64,000 nt of DNA from Gammaproteobacteria bacterium (GTDB lineage: Bacteria; Pseudomonadota; Gammaproteobacteria; UBA4575), in assembly GCA_965243395.1 (NCBI GenBank), contig CBDEUS010000001.1, positions 1,184,001 through 1,248,000 of the forward strand, written 5' to 3'. How positions within the stretch are numbered: position 1 is the stretch's first letter; every line of letters begins with the position of its first letter. The notes below the pieces were generated by a model. It was not told where the DNA came from and made no database searches. It saw nothing but the letters and a program-made list of their open reading frames with translations. The position numbers and the translations under genes are program-made. Of this stretch, positions 27,992-37,415 are shown in pieces.

Positions 27992-29023
27992 CTATACAGC
28001 CTTAATATAGGGAGCTCTATTGACTTTAAGATGATCAGAAAGCTCATTACCACAGTGAGGACACTTGCTCTGCACATATATCTTTTGTACTTGTTGCTTT
28101 TCTTTTTCATTAGCTAAAATTTGTTCTGCAACATCTTTCGTAATACCCAATTCCTCACGTAATGAATCAAGCTCAGCTTTTTCATCTCTTGTTAGAATGC
28201 CGTCTTCATACGCCTTATCAGCCATGTTTTCGTATTTGTTATTACGCAAACGTACTTGTTCAGAGAATGCAGAAGCTAAAATTCCTGTTGGTAAAGCAAC
28301 CATTCCAACCCCAATAACTGTTATAAGGGCACCAAATGCTTTGCCACCAGCAGTGATAGGTGTTACATCCCCATATCCAACTGTTGTTAATGTCGAAAAT
28401 GCCCACCACATTGAAGCAACAATACTAGAAAACTTTTCTGGTTGATTTTCATGTTCAAAATAATACATGCCTGAAGCAGCCAGAAGCATAACCACTAATA
28501 AAACAAAAAATGCTGCTGCGAACGCTCGTAGGTTTTCTCTAAAAACTGTAGTCAGAATATCAAAAGATGCAGAATACCTGGTTAATTTAAATATTCTTAA
28601 TAAACGGAAAGCACGAAGAAATCTCATGTCTGTGTTTCCAAACAAACCAAACATCATGAAGTAGAAAGGTAAAATCGCAAGCAAATCTATTATTGCTGAA
28701 AATGACAAACTGTAACGAAATCTCTTTTTAACATTAGTATCTTTACTTTTTTTAATATCAACACTATCAACACAAGACCAGATTCTTAATAAATATTCGA
28801 TTGTAAAAATTGCTACAGAAATAACTTCAAACCAAAAAAAATACGCATGATATATATCATTTATAGACTGAACAGACTCTAAAATAATTGCGATTACACT
28901 AAGCAGGATCAAAGCAATTAATCCTACATCTACAACACGGCTTAATTTGTCACCTGCTGAGGCAATTTCTAAAACTTCGTAAGTACGCTTTCTAAAAGAA
29001 ATTTTGTTCAATGCATACTCCAT
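27992..29023 (-). CDS. Six-TM voltage-gated K+ channel-like protein with C-terminal extension
   Basis: S4 LRAFRLLRIFKLTRY, pore TLTTVGYGDV; C-terminal AYEDGILTRDE helix-loop and CPHCG knuckle. Confidence 0.92.
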   Translation of the reverse strand: MEYALNKISFRKRTYEVLEIASAGDKLSRVVDVGLIALILLSVIAIILESVQSINDIYHAYFFWFEVISVAIFTIEYLLRIWSCVDSVDIKKSKDTNVKKRFRYSLSFSAIIDLLAILPFYFMMFGLFGNTDMRFLRAFRLLRIFKLTRYSASFDILTTVFRENLRAFAAAFFVLLVVMLLAASGMYYFEHENQPEKFSSIVASMWWAFSTLTTVGYGDVTPITAGGKAFGALITVIGVGMVALPTGILASAFSEQVRLRNNKYENMADKAYEDGILTRDEKAELDSLREELGITKDVAEQILANEKEKQQVQKIYVQSKCPHCGNELSDHLKVNRAPYIKAV

Positions 29024-29145
29024 TGCATAAAAATATGTGCATGATTTTATTTTCAGCTCATGCAGGCAGGTTTATATGTTTTGAAATTAGTCAGTTATGA
29101 CTAAATGGTAGATATGCTCACCTCTTAACCGATAACCTTATTTAT

Positions 29146-29172
29146 TTATCGGCTTTAAAGAAGACTACTTTA
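29146..29172 (-). promoter_or_regulatory. sigma28 (FliA) promoter for the K+ channel / PAS-GGDEF-EAL operon
   Basis: Perfect TAAA-N15-GCCGATAA on the minus strand. Confidence 0.88.
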
Positions 29173-29228
29173 AATATCATAAAGTACTGATATATATGAA
29201 CTTTTTTAATTTATTGGGCAGTTTTATG

Positions 29229-29405
29229 CTAGTCCATTCGATTTTTTAAAGAATTTTTGCGCCTGAAAGCTTGCCCATAAGCAGACAAAGAGCAGGCAGC
29301 ATCGCAGTAGACTTCAAAACCTGGTTGTAATTTTTCAAACCCTTGTGTGTAGTAAATTGGCTTAGAAATTATTTTCGCCTTACACCACGTACATTTGTAA
29401 TACAT
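29229..29405 (-). CDS. 58-aa Cys4 small protein (CxxC...YCxxxC, putative metal-binding finger)
   Basis: MYYKCTWCKAK...EVYCDAACSLSAY. ATG at 29405 has an AAGGGA RBS; the track's longer start lies inside its promoter. Confidence 0.65.
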   Translation of the reverse strand: MYYKCTWCKAKIISKPIYYTQGFEKLQPGFEVYCDAACSLSAYGQAFRRKNSLKNRMD

Positions 29406-29431
29406 ATCGGTACATCCCTTTATTGCGAGAC

Positions 29432-29458
29432 ATATCGACAAAAATATAAAAATCTTTA
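29432..29458 (-). promoter_or_regulatory. sigma28 promoter for the Cys4 small protein
   Basis: TAAA-N15-GTCGATAT. Confidence 0.75.
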
Positions 29459-29507
29459 GTTTGTTATATAAGTACCTGAATATATTAAACGTGATCTGAA
29501 CAGAAAT

Positions 29508-29969
29508 TTATGCGGCTTTTGTATTTGAATGCAATGCAAGTATTAATTCTGCTTCTGACTCGGTAAGTGAGCATAAGGAGATAATATCCTCTCGTGCATA
29601 TCCACGTCGTGCCAATTGTACGGCTTGACTATAAGGCGCATTATTAAAAAGCTTACCTTCATTGTTGGTCTCATATGCAGATTCAACTTTGATTTCTGAA
29701 GTGTGAATATTTTTATTGAATTCATCTTGCTGATTTTTTAGAGCCCCTAACTCTTCATCAATTAAGCGGCTATAGCTAGTTATATCATCAATATCGTTAA
29801 ATTGTATATTCTCTAATTTTAGAATTTTTCTGCTTAAAGAATAAATAGCAATTAGTACTACCAACATTGAAAAAAACAAAATAGATTGTTCATAGTTAGA
29901 AGTGAATAATAATGATAATTCACTAATTATGTTTACAAAATATTCAAAATTTAAATTATATGCTTCCAT
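29508..29969 (-). CDS. DUF2802-family protein (TM, coiled coil, C-terminal helical domain)
   Basis: PYSQAVQLARRG..EDIISLCSLTESEAELILALH matches the DUF2802 C-terminal pattern found at the end of flagellar/che loci. Confidence 0.8.
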   Translation of the reverse strand: MEAYNLNFEYFVNIISELSLLFTSNYEQSILFFSMLVVLIAIYSLSRKILKLENIQFNDIDDITSYSRLIDEELGALKNQQDEFNKNIHTSEIKVESAYETNNEGKLFNNAPYSQAVQLARRGYAREDIISLCSLTESEAELILALHSNTKAA

Positions 29970-29986
29970 ATCAAACTCTCTTTAAA

Positions 29987-30160
29987 TCATACATATTCAT
30001 CAATTATTGTATCTCCAGGATCTTTAGGTTCATCATTTTTTGATTTCGACTCATCATCCTGTTTATTTCGGTGTTTCTTGTTCTGATCAGGTCGATCTTT
30101 TTTGACAGACGGAGTAGGCCAGGTTCTGGTTAAGGGACCAATTTTATTGCTATCAACCAT
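29987..30160 (-). CDS. Unannotated 57-aa hydrophilic protein ending IIDEYV
   Basis: Hand translation: MVDSNKIGPLTRTWPTPSVKKDRPDQNKKHRNKQDDESKSKNDEPKDPGDTIIDEYV; fills the fliA-DUF2802 gap. Confidence 0.7.
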   Translation of the reverse strand: MVDSNKIGPLTRTWPTPSVKKDRPDQNKKHRNKQDDESKSKNDEPKDPGDTIIDEYV

Positions 30161-30222
30161 TTCAAAGCTCTCAGATCATGTCATTTCCTTAATAGTCCTT
30201 TATATGGATTTAATTCGTCCTT

Positions 30223-30960
30223 TTACTCACTTTTGCTCTCTAACCATTCACTTAATTTAGCTCGAAGCATAACCAATGCTTTACCATGTATTTGACATAC
30301 ACGTGATTCGCTTACATCTAAAAGGCTGCCGATTTCACGTAAATTCATTTCTTCTTCATAATAAAGAGACATAACCAAACGTTCTCGTTCGGGTAATTGG
30401 TTAATCGATGTAGTTAGTTCTGAATGAAATTGCTCATCAATATATTCTTTGTCCGGGTCCGAGTCTGAACTCATTTCTATTTTATAATCTGAAGACTCTT
30501 CACTATCATCAATGCTAAAAATCTGCGCTACTGAGGAATCACGTAAAATTTTATTATATTCACTTAACTCTATTCCCATTTCTAATGCAATTTCGCTATC
30601 TGTTGCGCTAGATAAAGTTCTATTCTCTACTTTTCTAATCGCTTCCATCATATCTCTGGATTTGCGGTGCACAGATCGCGGAGTCCAATCTCCACGCCTA
30701 ATTTCATCTAGCATTGCACCACGAATTCGTATACCCGCGTATGTTTCAAAGCTCGCGCCTTGTGTGGGGTTAAAATTCTTTGCAGCTTCTAATAATCCAA
30801 CCATCCCAGACTGAATTAAATCGTCAACCAGAACCGTATCAGGCAATCTGCCTTTTAAGTGATATGCGATTCTTTTCACCAAAGAAGCATGTTGAGTTAC
30901 AACATTTTCAATATCTAAATTTTGTACTGCAGTATAGCTTGCTGCTGCTGATTCACTCAT
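30223..30960 (-). CDS. fliA: Flagellar sigma factor sigma28
   Basis: LVKRIAYHL..RLP, DDLIQSG, FETYAGIRIRGAMLDEIRRGDWTPRS, VSESRVCQIH. Confidence 0.97.
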   Translation of the reverse strand: MSESAAASYTAVQNLDIENVVTQHASLVKRIAYHLKGRLPDTVLVDDLIQSGMVGLLEAAKNFNPTQGASFETYAGIRIRGAMLDEIRRGDWTPRSVHRKSRDMMEAIRKVENRTLSSATDSEIALEMGIELSEYNKILRDSSVAQIFSIDDSEESSDYKIEMSSDSDPDKEYIDEQFHSELTTSINQLPERERLVMSLYYEEEMNLREIGSLLDVSESRVCQIHGKALVMLRAKLSEWLESKSE

Positions 30961-30964
30961 ATTA

Positions 30965-31855
30965 TTATTTTTGATTAACTTTCTGGTTAGTGAGTTGTTG
31001 TTCTAAAAACAATTCAATAGACCCGTTTGGATTCGACTCTCTGACCCAGCCATTGATTTTTCGAGCAAGGCGCGTAAATCCTAATGAAGAGCGACTAGTT
31101 GGATATGCATCTATTACTGATTGTTGTCTTTGAATGGCTTTCTTTACATAAATGTCGTTTGGTATATAGCCACAGTATTCTAAAGTTACATCTAAGAAAT
31201 GATTAGATACTTTTTCTAATTGCATAAACAATCGTTCGCCATGTGCGCTAGATTCAACCATATTGCTTAATATATGAAATTTTTGATTAACGCTTTTTTT
31301 GCTTAATACTTTTATCATTGCATAAGCATCAGCGATTGAGGCAGGTTCGTCACATACAACGACCAAGATATTATTGGCTAAATGACTAAATAATGAAACA
31401 TCATCACTTATACCGGCAGCAGTATCGATAATGAAATAATTAAGCAAAGGATTAAGTTCTGCAATCGAATCAATTATTCCCATATGCTGACGGGCATCTA
31501 AGTTTGCCATCTCCTTAACACCAGAAGCAGAAGGAATAATTTGTATGCCTCGCGGGCCAGTAATTACTATGTCTTCAACTCTACATTCATTTTTTAAAAC
31601 ATTATGTAATGTTTTTCTTGCACGAAGACCTAACATTACATCAACATTTGATAAGCCGAAATCAGCATCTAATAACATTACTTTATTATTTAGATCCGCA
31701 AGAGCAATTGCTAAATTAATTGCTACATTCGTCTTGCCTACTCCACCTTTCCCACCTGTTATCGCTAAAACATTAACTTCGTCAATAGTATTTATTCTTC
31801 TCAGCGAAGAAGCCTGATCAATAGGTGTTACATTTTCGTTAACTTGTTCAAACAT
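30965..31855 (-). CDS. flhG: FlhG/FleN MinD-like ATPase
   Basis: DQASSLRR, TGGKGGVGKTN, DTAAGI, DEPASIADAYA. Confidence 0.95.
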   Translation of the reverse strand: MFEQVNENVTPIDQASSLRRINTIDEVNVLAITGGKGGVGKTNVAINLAIALADLNNKVMLLDADFGLSNVDVMLGLRARKTLHNVLKNECRVEDIVITGPRGIQIIPSASGVKEMANLDARQHMGIIDSIAELNPLLNYFIIDTAAGISDDVSLFSHLANNILVVVCDEPASIADAYAMIKVLSKKSVNQKFHILSNMVESSAHGERLFMQLEKVSNHFLDVTLEYCGYIPNDIYVKKAIQRQQSVIDAYPTSRSSLGFTRLARKINGWVRESNPNGSIELFLEQQLTNQKVNQK

Positions 31856-33035
31856 TTTTTATAAGCTCGCTATATAATTCAGTTGAGTGTATAGATTCCA
31901 TACTTCCAAATCTTTCACCCAAAACTAACGCTTTAGTTAATATTTGTTCTTGATTTGGTCGAGCAATATCTTCTGGTACTCTTTGTCCAGTAGTCTCATA
32001 AGCTATTGGCAAATTTTGCTCGATTAGCGAAGTCAAAATCCCTCCAATCTGCGATGCCTCATCAGTTTTACTCATTACTACGCCATTAAGATTGTCTGAC
32101 ATAAAATTATTTATAACTTCTTTTTGGACGCACAGCTGAGTATTAGCAGAGACAACTAAATAAGTAGTTAAATCTTTAGATAACTTGCTTAATGCTTGCA
32201 TGATTTCTTTTATACGCGTATCACGTTGGCTCAAGCCAGCAGTATCTATCAAAACAAGCTTTTTATTTTTTACAACATTAAGTGCTTTACGAAGCTCCGG
32301 CTCATTGTTAGCTATAACTACCGGAACATTTAGTATGCTCCCATATATGCTTATTTGATCATGAGCTCCAATTCTAAAATGATCTGTACTGATAATCGCA
32401 ATATCGCTATTACTGTTTTGCATAGCATATTGAGCTGCGATCTTCGCAATAGTAGTTGTTTTACCAACACCAGTAGGTCCAACTAAAGCAACCATTCCGC
32501 CTTCATTAATAATATTTTCTTGAGTAATAGAAATATTTCTTTTTAAATCTTTTTCTATTTCGTTCCATGCATGATTAAAATCTTTTATTTTTTTCACATT
32601 CCCTAATAGTTTTTTACTCAGATTAAAACCAAACCCACATATAGATAACTTTTGCAACAACTTTCTTGATGCTGTGTTTTGTGCTATGAGCTTTCTCCAA
32701 CTTATAAGCTCGGTTTGTGATTCAATCATTGCGCGTAATTGACTTATTTCATTTTGTAAACCAACCGCGTCATTTACAGAGATACTTTTTTCAGTCATTT
32801 TGCTTTGTTTAATTTCTGAATTAGAATGTTGCACAGCTTGTGAACTATCGCCATGTGTTTCAATGTTTGATACAAAATCACTATTTGCAACCGCTTCATA
32901 GTCGGTTGCGGCAACGACTTCAACCCCACTTAAACTTTGGTTAGATGAAATGATTACTGCATCTTCCCCTAATTTTTCACGGATCTTTTGTAATGCTGCA
33001 TGCATATTTTTTTCATGAAATCGTTTCATATTCAT
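31848..33035 (-). CDS. flhF: SRP-family GTPase FlhF
   Basis: GPTGVGKTTTIAK, DHFRIGA, IDTAG, SKTDE, GQRVPEDI. Confidence 0.96.
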   Translation of the reverse strand: MNMKRFHEKNMHAALQKIREKLGEDAVIISSNQSLSGVEVVAATDYEAVANSDFVSNIETHGDSSQAVQHSNSEIKQSKMTEKSISVNDAVGLQNEISQLRAMIESQTELISWRKLIAQNTASRKLLQKLSICGFGFNLSKKLLGNVKKIKDFNHAWNEIEKDLKRNISITQENIINEGGMVALVGPTGVGKTTTIAKIAAQYAMQNSNSDIAIISTDHFRIGAHDQISIYGSILNVPVVIANNEPELRKALNVVKNKKLVLIDTAGLSQRDTRIKEIMQALSKLSKDLTTYLVVSANTQLCVQKEVINNFMSDNLNGVVMSKTDEASQIGGILTSLIEQNLPIAYETTGQRVPEDIARPNQEQILTKALVLGERFGSMESIHSTELYSELIKNV

Positions 33036-33078
33036 ATTTTTTACCTTTAATTCTTTAACTAATTTATATTCAATTTAG

Positions 33079-35193
33079 TTAAGCTGCACTTGCAGGCAAT
33101 TGTTGTATATCATCATGCTGGTCACCAACACTTGCTATGATATTGATTCTTTTACTTTCTGGTATTTCATCAAAAGATAAAATATGCAAATTTTTAACAC
33201 TGGTTTTAAATAATTTAGACAACATAATGCGCAAACCACTAGTGACTAAAAGTACAGGTGGCAATCCTACTGCCTCTTGTTGCTCCGCTAACTCTCGTAC
33301 TGAATCTTGCATTTTTTCAGCTAATGTCGGTTCTAAAGCAAAATAACTTTCGGGTCCTTCATGTATAGTCTTTTGCAATAACTGTTCCAACTTTGGTGAC
33401 AGCGTAAAAACAGACAAATCTTTACGCATGCCATTGATTTCTTGGACAATTGCCCTTCTCAATGCAACTCGAACAATCGCGGTTAAGGCGTCAGTATTTT
33501 GGCTAGTGTTTGCCGCTTCCGCCAAAGTTTCAACAATCGTTCGTATATCTCTAATCGGAACACCTTCTTGCAATAGATTTTGCATAACCTTAACTATTGC
33601 ACTCATGGGCAAGGTTTTCGGCACAAGATCTTCTACTAGTTGCGGAGAACGCTCTGCTAATTTATCCAAGAGCTGTTTAGTTTCGTCATAACCTAAGAAG
33701 TAATGGGCGCTTTCACGTAATATTTTGCTAAGGTGAGTAGCAACCACAGTACTAGGATCTACAACGGTATAACCTAATGTCTGTGCTTGATCGCGTTGGC
33801 TAGGCTCAATCCAAATCGCTTCCATCTCAAATGCAGGATCTTTAGTTACGATACCTTCTATCTTGCCGTTTACATTACCCGGATTAATGGCTAGCTCTCG
33901 CTCAGGATAAATCTCACCTTCACCTTCAGTTACTCCTTGAATCACAATGCGGTAATTATTTGCCGGCAAATCTAGATTATCGCGAATATGCACAGGTTGA
34001 AGTAGGAAACCAAGGTCTTGTGAAACTTTTTTACGCACACCTTTTATGCGCCCTATAAGTTCACCTTGCTGTTCTTTATCAACTAGTGAGATAAGCCGAT
34101 AGCCTACTTCCAATCGAATAACATCAACGCTCTGCATATCACTCCAACCCAATTCAACATCCTCTGGTACCGTTTCTGTTTCTTCATCTATTTCAGGCTC
34201 AGTGCCTTCTTCTTCCTGTGATTTATTTAACGTAATTCGTGAGAAAATAACGCAAATACCTGCAATCGTTAAAAACACAACATTTGGCATACCTGGAATT
34301 AAACCCATACCACCAATAATTGCTGCCGTAACAGTCCATACGCGTTTGTCACTGAAAACTTGGTTTACGACGGTATCACCCATATTCTGAGATGCAGAAA
34401 CACGTGTAACAATAATTGCTGTAGCAGTGGACAATAGTAATGATGGAATTTGTGCAACTAAACCATCACCGATGGATAACAATAAATAGTTTTGCGTAGC
34501 AACACTGAAACTTAAATTATGCTGACCTATACCCACTGCTAAGCCACCAATAATATTTATAAAAATGATTAAAACGCCTGCAATTGCATCACCACGAACA
34601 AACTTGCTTGCGCCATCCATAGAACCATAAAAATCAGCTTCCCTCGAAATATCTTCTCTTCTTCGCAAAGCCTCTTCTTGAGAAATTAATCCAGAATTTA
34701 AATCTGCATCAATTGCCATTTGCTTACCGGGCATCGCATCCAAAGTGAATCGTGCACTCACTTCCGACACACGTCCTGCGCCTTTAGTCACCACTACAAA
34801 ATTGATGATGACTAAGATAGCAAACACAACAAAGCCTACGGCATAGTTACCTCCAACGACAAAGTTCCCAAATGATTCAATAACATTACCTGCTGCGCCC
34901 GTACCAGTATGACCGTGTAACAACACCACACGCGTAGATGCAACGTTAAGCGCCAAACGCAACATTGTTGCTATAAGAAGTACTGTAGGAAACACTGCAA
35001 AATCAAGTGGCCTCAAAGTGTAAATGCTCACTAAAATAATGATCAATGCCAGTGCAATATTAAAAGTAAATGCAAGATCTAATGCGAAGGGTGGTAATGG
35101 CACAATCATCATGCTAAACATCATGACCACTAATAGTGGTGTGCCAAGACCATTTTTAGTGAATTCTCTGAAGGTATTTAAAACATTATCCAC
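33079..35193 (-). CDS. flhA: Flagellar export gate protein
   Basis: RLALNVASTR, ARFTLDAMPGKQMAIDADL, FYGSMDGASKFVRGD. Confidence 0.98.
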   Translation of the reverse strand: MDNVLNTFREFTKNGLGTPLLVVMMFSMMIVPLPPFALDLAFTFNIALALIIILVSIYTLRPLDFAVFPTVLLIATMLRLALNVASTRVVLLHGHTGTGAAGNVIESFGNFVVGGNYAVGFVVFAILVIINFVVVTKGAGRVSEVSARFTLDAMPGKQMAIDADLNSGLISQEEALRRREDISREADFYGSMDGASKFVRGDAIAGVLIIFINIIGGLAVGIGQHNLSFSVATQNYLLLSIGDGLVAQIPSLLLSTATAIIVTRVSASQNMGDTVVNQVFSDKRVWTVTAAIIGGMGLIPGMPNVVFLTIAGICVIFSRITLNKSQEEEGTEPEIDEETETVPEDVELGWSDMQSVDVIRLEVGYRLISLVDKEQQGELIGRIKGVRKKVSQDLGFLLQPVHIRDNLDLPANNYRIVIQGVTEGEGEIYPERELAINPGNVNGKIEGIVTKDPAFEMEAIWIEPSQRDQAQTLGYTVVDPSTVVATHLSKILRESAHYFLGYDETKQLLDKLAERSPQLVEDLVPKTLPMSAIVKVMQNLLQEGVPIRDIRTIVETLAEAANTSQNTDALTAIVRVALRRAIVQEINGMRKDLSVFTLSPKLEQLLQKTIHEGPESYFALEPTLAEKMQDSVRELAEQQEAVGLPPVLLVTSGLRIMLSKLFKTSVKNLHILSFDEIPESKRINIIASVGDQHDDIQQLPASAA

Positions 35194-35210
35194 TTTACTA
35201 TCGTCCTTAA

Positions 35211-36338
35211 TTAGTTCGTCCTAAATTCATTTGGAATTTCTAATTCATCTGGAGGGTTTGGATAATTTCCAGGAACAGCATTCTTAAGCTGAAACACATA
35301 TGCCAAAACTTTTGCTACAGAAATATATAAACCTGAAGGTATTTCTTTATCGACTTCTGTACTGTAATAAACTGCTCTGGCGAGTGCCGGTGCACAATAC
35401 ACACTTACTTCATTATTTAACGCAATCTCTTTAATTTTCTCAGCTACAAAATCGATGCCTTTTGCAACCACTATAGGAGCACTTGACATATCCGCATCAT
35501 ATTTAAGAGCTACAGCAAAATGTGTTGGATTTGTTATTACTACATCAGCATCAGGAACTGCTTCCATCATCCTCTTCTGTGCAAGTTCTCTTTGTAAATT
35601 ACGTAAACGACCTTTATTCTCAGGATTTCCCTCTGTCTCCTTAAATTCGTCTTTGACTTCTTGCAATGACATACGTAATTGCTTTTTGTGTTGCCAAAAC
35701 TGATATGGCGCATCAACGAGTGCTACTATTATTAAACCAGCTGAAGAAACAGTAAAAATTATCAATAATAATTTATACGCATGAGCAATACTTTCTTGTG
35801 TTGGTTCAAATCCTAAATTTAAAATTTCTGTAATAAAAACATTGAGCAACAAGTAAACAATGGAACCGATCAACGCAACTTTTAACAATGCTTTTACAAG
35901 TTCTACAAGGCCCTTCAAGCCAAACATGCGTTTCAAACCAGAAAGAGGGTTCATACGATTCATTTTGAATGCCATCGCACTTAACGAAAATGACATACCA
36001 CCAATAAGCATAGGGCCAAATAAAGCTACTATAAACATCAAAACTAAATATGGAGTAATCCCAACTAAGGCATGCATACCACTCTCAGTAAAATGTGGAA
36101 TAAGATAACTCTTATCCATAATATGAGAAATTGGTAATTGAAAATTATGCAAGAATATTCCATGCAAATGTTGCGCAATGTATTCTGTTGTAAATATCAA
36201 TCCAATCGCACCAATAAAAGTTACTAACATGGTGTTTAATTCACGAGACCTTGGAATTTGACCTTTTTTACGTGCATCTTGAAGCCGTTTCTGCGTAGGC
36301 TCCTGAGTTTTATCATATTGTGAATTTTGATCGGCCAT
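35211..36338 (-). CDS. flhB: Flagellar export specificity switch
   Basis: KTQEPT..RL.DARKKGQ; autocleavage motif TNPTHFAVAL. Confidence 0.97.
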   Translation of the reverse strand: MADQNSQYDKTQEPTQKRLQDARKKGQIPRSRELNTMLVTFIGAIGLIFTTEYIAQHLHGIFLHNFQLPISHIMDKSYLIPHFTESGMHALVGITPYLVLMFIVALFGPMLIGGMSFSLSAMAFKMNRMNPLSGLKRMFGLKGLVELVKALLKVALIGSIVYLLLNVFITEILNLGFEPTQESIAHAYKLLLIIFTVSSAGLIIVALVDAPYQFWQHKKQLRMSLQEVKDEFKETEGNPENKGRLRNLQRELAQKRMMEAVPDADVVITNPTHFAVALKYDADMSSAPIVVAKGIDFVAEKIKEIALNNEVSVYCAPALARAVYYSTEVDKEIPSGLYISVAKVLAYVFQLKNAVPGNYPNPPDELEIPNEFRTN

Positions 36339-36345
36339 TTTTTAA

Positions 36346-37113
36346 TTAGTTGATTAATGGCATTTGCTCAAATGCATTATTTAATAAATTCTGAAATACA
36401 GTCGTAATACTCGGTAGAGTTAACGCAATTACTGCAAGTCCAAGCATGATTGTGATTGGAAAACCCACTGAAAAAACATTTAATTGAGGAGCTGCACGTG
36501 TCATCAATGCTAGAGCTGAATTTGCAACCAGTAACGCGGTTATTGCTGGTATAGCCACCATCAGCGCCCCTGAAAACATATTCGTCCCCCAACTAACTAC
36601 ATCCCATATAGCTGTTTGAAATTCAAATGTGTAACCAACCGGAATATAAGTAAAGCTATCAAATAGCATGTTTATTAATGCTAAATGTCCATCAAGAGCC
36701 AAAAATATTAATGTTGCAGTTATTGTTAAAAACTGGCTAACAATAGGTACTGTAACTCCATTCACAGGATCAGTGATTTGTGCAAAACCAAGTCCCATTG
36801 TCACAGCAATATTTTCGCCTGCTATTGTAAGTGCTGAAAAAACTAAACGTAAAATAAAACCCATCAACAGACCAATTAACAAATTAATGCCGATCTGAAT
36901 AAACCCAGCGGATGAAAATAACTCAATCGTCTGAGTTTGTTCTAATAGCGGTACGATAAATATTGTAATTACAGAAGCTATTGCTATTTTTATTCTGGTA
37001 GGTAAAAAAGGACTACTTAGGACTGGTGCTACCGAAAATAATGCTGCGACACGCGTAAATGGCATTATAAATTGATGCAGGTTCGCCAATATTTCGTTTA
37101 ATTGAAAGAACAT
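36346..37113 (-). CDS. fliR: Flagellar export protein
   Basis: MGLGFA..DP.NG, LDGHL, RAAPQLNVFSVGFP. Confidence 0.96.
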   Translation of the reverse strand: MFFQLNEILANLHQFIMPFTRVAALFSVAPVLSSPFLPTRIKIAIASVITIFIVPLLEQTQTIELFSSAGFIQIGINLLIGLLMGFILRLVFSALTIAGENIAVTMGLGFAQITDPVNGVTVPIVSQFLTITATLIFLALDGHLALINMLFDSFTYIPVGYTFEFQTAIWDVVSWGTNMFSGALMVAIPAITALLVANSALALMTRAAPQLNVFSVGFPITIMLGLAVIALTLPSITTVFQNLLNNAFEQMPLIN

Positions 37114-37134
37114 ATGGAATTTCTTGACACAATC

Positions 37135-37404
37135 TTAAATAAGAAAGTTTGGGATATTAGTTATTAAGTTCGTAACGTAGTTAACCAATGTTTTTAACAT
37201 CCAAGGCCCTGCAAACAACAACGCGAGAAAAAGTACAATAAGCTTTGGAATAAAACTCAGTGTCATCTCATTAATTTGTGTAGCAGCTTGTATCATTCCG
37301 ACAAATACACCGATTACTAACACTGAAATCAGCAATGGTGCTGAGATGATTACTGTTATCCATAAGGCATTGTTTAATAATGTCAATGTTGCTTCAGAGG
37401 TCAT
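37135..37404 (-). CDS. fliQ: Flagellar export protein
   Basis: QAATQINEMTLSFIPK; start moved to the ATG at 37404 (AAGGGA RBS) to avoid overlap with fliP. Confidence 0.95.
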   Translation of the reverse strand: MTSEATLTLLNNALWITVIISAPLLISVLVIGVFVGMIQAATQINEMTLSFIPKLIVLFLALLFAGPWMLKTLVNYVTNLITNIPNFLI

Positions 37405-37415
37405 ACAAATTCCCT

